Source: Mantamonas sphyraenae STR306 (taxonomy: Eukaryota > Protista > CRuMs). Taken from it: a DNA stretch of 64,000 bases. A model generated the notes under the pieces. That model was not told the origin of the DNA and did not search any database. It worked only from the letters and a program-made list of their open reading frames with translations. Both the position numbers and the translations under genes were made by a program. The stretch is taken from the NCBI GenBank assembly GCA_026936335.1, contig JAPMXV010000035.1, positions 1-64,000 of the forward strand. Reading direction: 5' to 3'. Of this stretch, positions 61,682 to 64,000 are shown piece by piece (the stretch's first letter is position 1; each line of letters opens with the position of its first letter).

Positions 61682-63275
61682 CTATCGTGTGCCAATGCCA
61701 AATGCACGGTCGAGCTGCCGCCTGCGTACAAAGCCACTGGTGTTGCGTCCGCTGTCCGTCTTGAGCAAACTGTGTGCGAGCTTGACGAGGTCGCGATAGG
61801 CGTCACTCTGGGGATCGAGCAGCTCGAGCTCGGTGGCACACGCTTCGAGCACGTGCTGGCGCAGGATGGCACGCATGAGGTTGTGCTGGACGTTAAAGTG
61901 CGCAAGAGTGCTGCGCCGCACGTGTTCCACATGCAAGTACGCAAAGGTGCGCAGGTAGCGTGATTCGATGGACACACGCCTGCCCACATGCAGGGTCACC
62001 TCGTTGGCAGTGTGCTCGGGCACAGCCAGCGTACGCACCATCTCTGCGCTCAATTCCAGCGGCATCCACCACTGTAGCCACGCCGCCATCCGTGCCTGCT
62101 GCCCCATGTGCTGCTTTCCTGCGGCCCGTCGCATCAGTTCTTGATGCTTCTTGCGTCCATGCTTGCGCATGTCTTTCTCCTTGGCCGCTGCCAGTGTGCG
62201 CACCACCAATCCGATCAAGTGGTCCCTGTATCCGTACACACTCTGCTCCGCCGCCATTTGCGCGTCCTCTTTGCTCTGTTCCAGAAGTTCTCCCAGCTGC
62301 AGCTCCAACATGAGCACATTGTTCATCGTGTACCAAGCGGCAAACACCGCCGCAACCTGCCCGCCCTCCAGTACCGCCTCCAGCCGCTCCACGTCCAACT
62401 CCTCCCGTACCACACGCAACAATGACTTTTGGCAATGAAGCACCGCCAACGATCGCGCACAACTCTCCAATGCGGGCGGCCGGTACGCGCGAGACTGATT
62501 CTGCCACGGCGCATCATCATCCTCACCTTCTTCGCTCTGCTCGTACAAACTTTGCACCTTGGCTAGCTTTGGTATCGATCTGCTCTCCTGCGCAAAGCTA
62601 CTCAGTGCCGCCACAAACCCTTTGCCCGTCTGCTTCCGCGGCCGCTCCTGCTCCGCCTCCCACACAGCTTTGCGAGCCCCGTACGCCTGGTAAGCCTGTA
62701 CAAAAGGAGCGTGGAAAGTGTGCACTGGGTACACGCACCCCTGTGCGTGCCATGCGCACGTTCTTGGTAAACACGTTGCCGTCCTTGGCCTCTTGCGAGC
62801 CCATTTTCCCCTTTGCCCGCTTCTTTGCTCCTCGTGCTTGCCTCTTGCTTCCGCTGCTGCTGCTGCTGCTGCTGCCGCCGCCACTGCTCGTGTGGTTGCT
62901 CCCGACGACTCCTCGCACTTGGCTCCCCTTTGCCCCTCTGTATTTTGTCCGCGCCTGTCGGGCCATGGCGAGCAGCTGCTCCACGTCGTCGTCAAGCAAC
63001 GCTTCCGCCTCCTCCGCCTCTGCTTCCTCGTCCTCTCGCGCCTGCTCTTCCGCTGCACGTGCCTCATCCTCCTGTTTCATGTGTTGCCTGGTGTGGTGTG
63101 TTTCCACAGGGTGTCAGTGTTCACCCCATCGGCCTCTGTCCCACTATGCGCTCGTCACTCACCTCTTCAACGATTTGATCATCCCTGCGTTGTCTGCACA
63201 CACCCGTTCCATCAGCGTTTCCGAGTACACCAGGTTTCCGTGCACACGCACCAATTCATTCAGTAGCGATTCCAT
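61682..63275 (-). CDS. Hypothetical helical protein
   Basis: ATG 63275 (MESLLNEL...), introns ~63089-63162 and ~62696-62738 join ORFs 62598..63107 and 61682..63067 in frame. Confidence 0.65.
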
Positions 63276-63287
63276 GGCCCCAACTGT

Positions 63288-64000
63288 TCACTCCAATGCG
63301 CTGTATCGCGCAGCCGCCTTTTTCTTGGCCACCACCCCGTACTTGTCCGTTGGCAAGATCACATTCTCCTCCTTCACAGAACCCAGCCCCGCTCCTTCGT
63401 TGTGCATCTGCACACGGATGGGTTCCACAATCCCCTGGCCATGTTTGCCCAGGCCCTGGCCCTTTTGCCACCCCATCTGCGCCAACAGCTTGCCTCCCTT
63501 TGTCTCGCTCATTTTCTCGCCGGCCTCCACCTCAACGATGCCACTCCCACTCGCACCACTTGCTCCCTTTGCGTCCATGCCTTTCTTGCGATTGCCCTTG
63601 CCCATTGTGCTGCGCCGCAATCCGCTCGCCAGTTCCGTTTTCCCGTGCAGAATCCGCCGTTCGGCCGCCCGATCCCGCGTGAACCCCGTCGATCGCCTGT
63701 GTGCTTCCACCCATCGCTGTTTGCATCCTTCGATGTTCTCCTTGTGCAGCGACGACTCCACAAGATGCCTCTGCAGCAACTCCCGCGACGCCACTCGCCG
63801 ACGGCACACCAGACACACATACTTGTCCCACACAGCCCCATACTCGCTCCAGTCTGGCTGGGCTGCCACAGCCACCGTGTCCAGCCCCTCGATGTCCTCC
63901 ACACCCACGTTCCATTTGTCAATGTCTGCTTGGCCCCGCCGTTTCCTCCGTCTTTCTTCGTCACCTTCCCCGTCCTCTGCATCCTCCTCCATGCCATCCT
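63288..64000 (-). CDS. RBM5/RBM10-like splicing factor C-terminus (C2H2 zinc finger + G-patch); 5' end lies outside the window
   Basis: CLVCRR...LQRHLVESSLHKEN, RDRAAERR, KGGKLLAQMGWQKGQGLGKHGQGIVEPI. Confidence 0.85.
   Translation of the reverse strand, partial: DGMEEDAEDGEGDEERRRKRRGQADIDKWNVGVEDIEGLDTVAVAAQPDWSEYGAVWDKYVCLVCRRRVASRELLQRHLVESSLHKENIEGCKQRWVEAHRRSTGFTRDRAAERRILHGKTELASGLRRSTMGKGNRKKGMDAKGASGASGSGIVEVEAGEKMSETKGGKLLAQMGWQKGQGLGKHGQGIVEPIRVQMHNEGAGLGSVKEENVILPTDKYGVVAKKKAAARYSALE

Noticed and set aside
1-64000. Alternative genetic code
   Set aside because: Conserved genes end at TGA, TAA or TAG, and no in-frame stops were seen in conserved domains; breaks are frameshifts or introns

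Overview
Left chromosome end of a compact, GC-rich, intron-containing eukaryotic genome. It is probably an aerobic flagellated protist (TTAGGG telomere, CFAP410, Mic10, MLO, GT-AG introns with CA/GT microsatellites, standard code). About 190 bp of telomeric repeat is followed by a rearranged subtelomeric block. This block holds a ~1,470-aa protein built from three ~375-aa tandem repeats, each made of two homologous half-domains with a near-invariant scaffold and three sharply localised hypervariable patches (top finding: candidate modular recognition or DNA-binding protein). Next come an inverted F-box-like gene remnant and a chimeric LRR-ankyrin gene. The rest is densely packed genes: SulP transporter, giant filamin-repeat membrane protein, GH38 alpha-mannosidase, SWIM protein, bacterial-type YbaB/EbfC, MLO with a huge loop, CFAP410, two Skp1 paralogues, Tada1, RhoGAP-IQ-LRR, Fip1, mitochondrial carrier, Mic10, alpha/beta hydrolase, TagF-like::TTLL12 fusion, signal-peptide Mn-type SOD, SerRS and an RBM5-like fragment. 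Seven apparent single-base frameshifts are most likely long-read errors. All gene models and family calls were made by eye from motifs; no searches were run.
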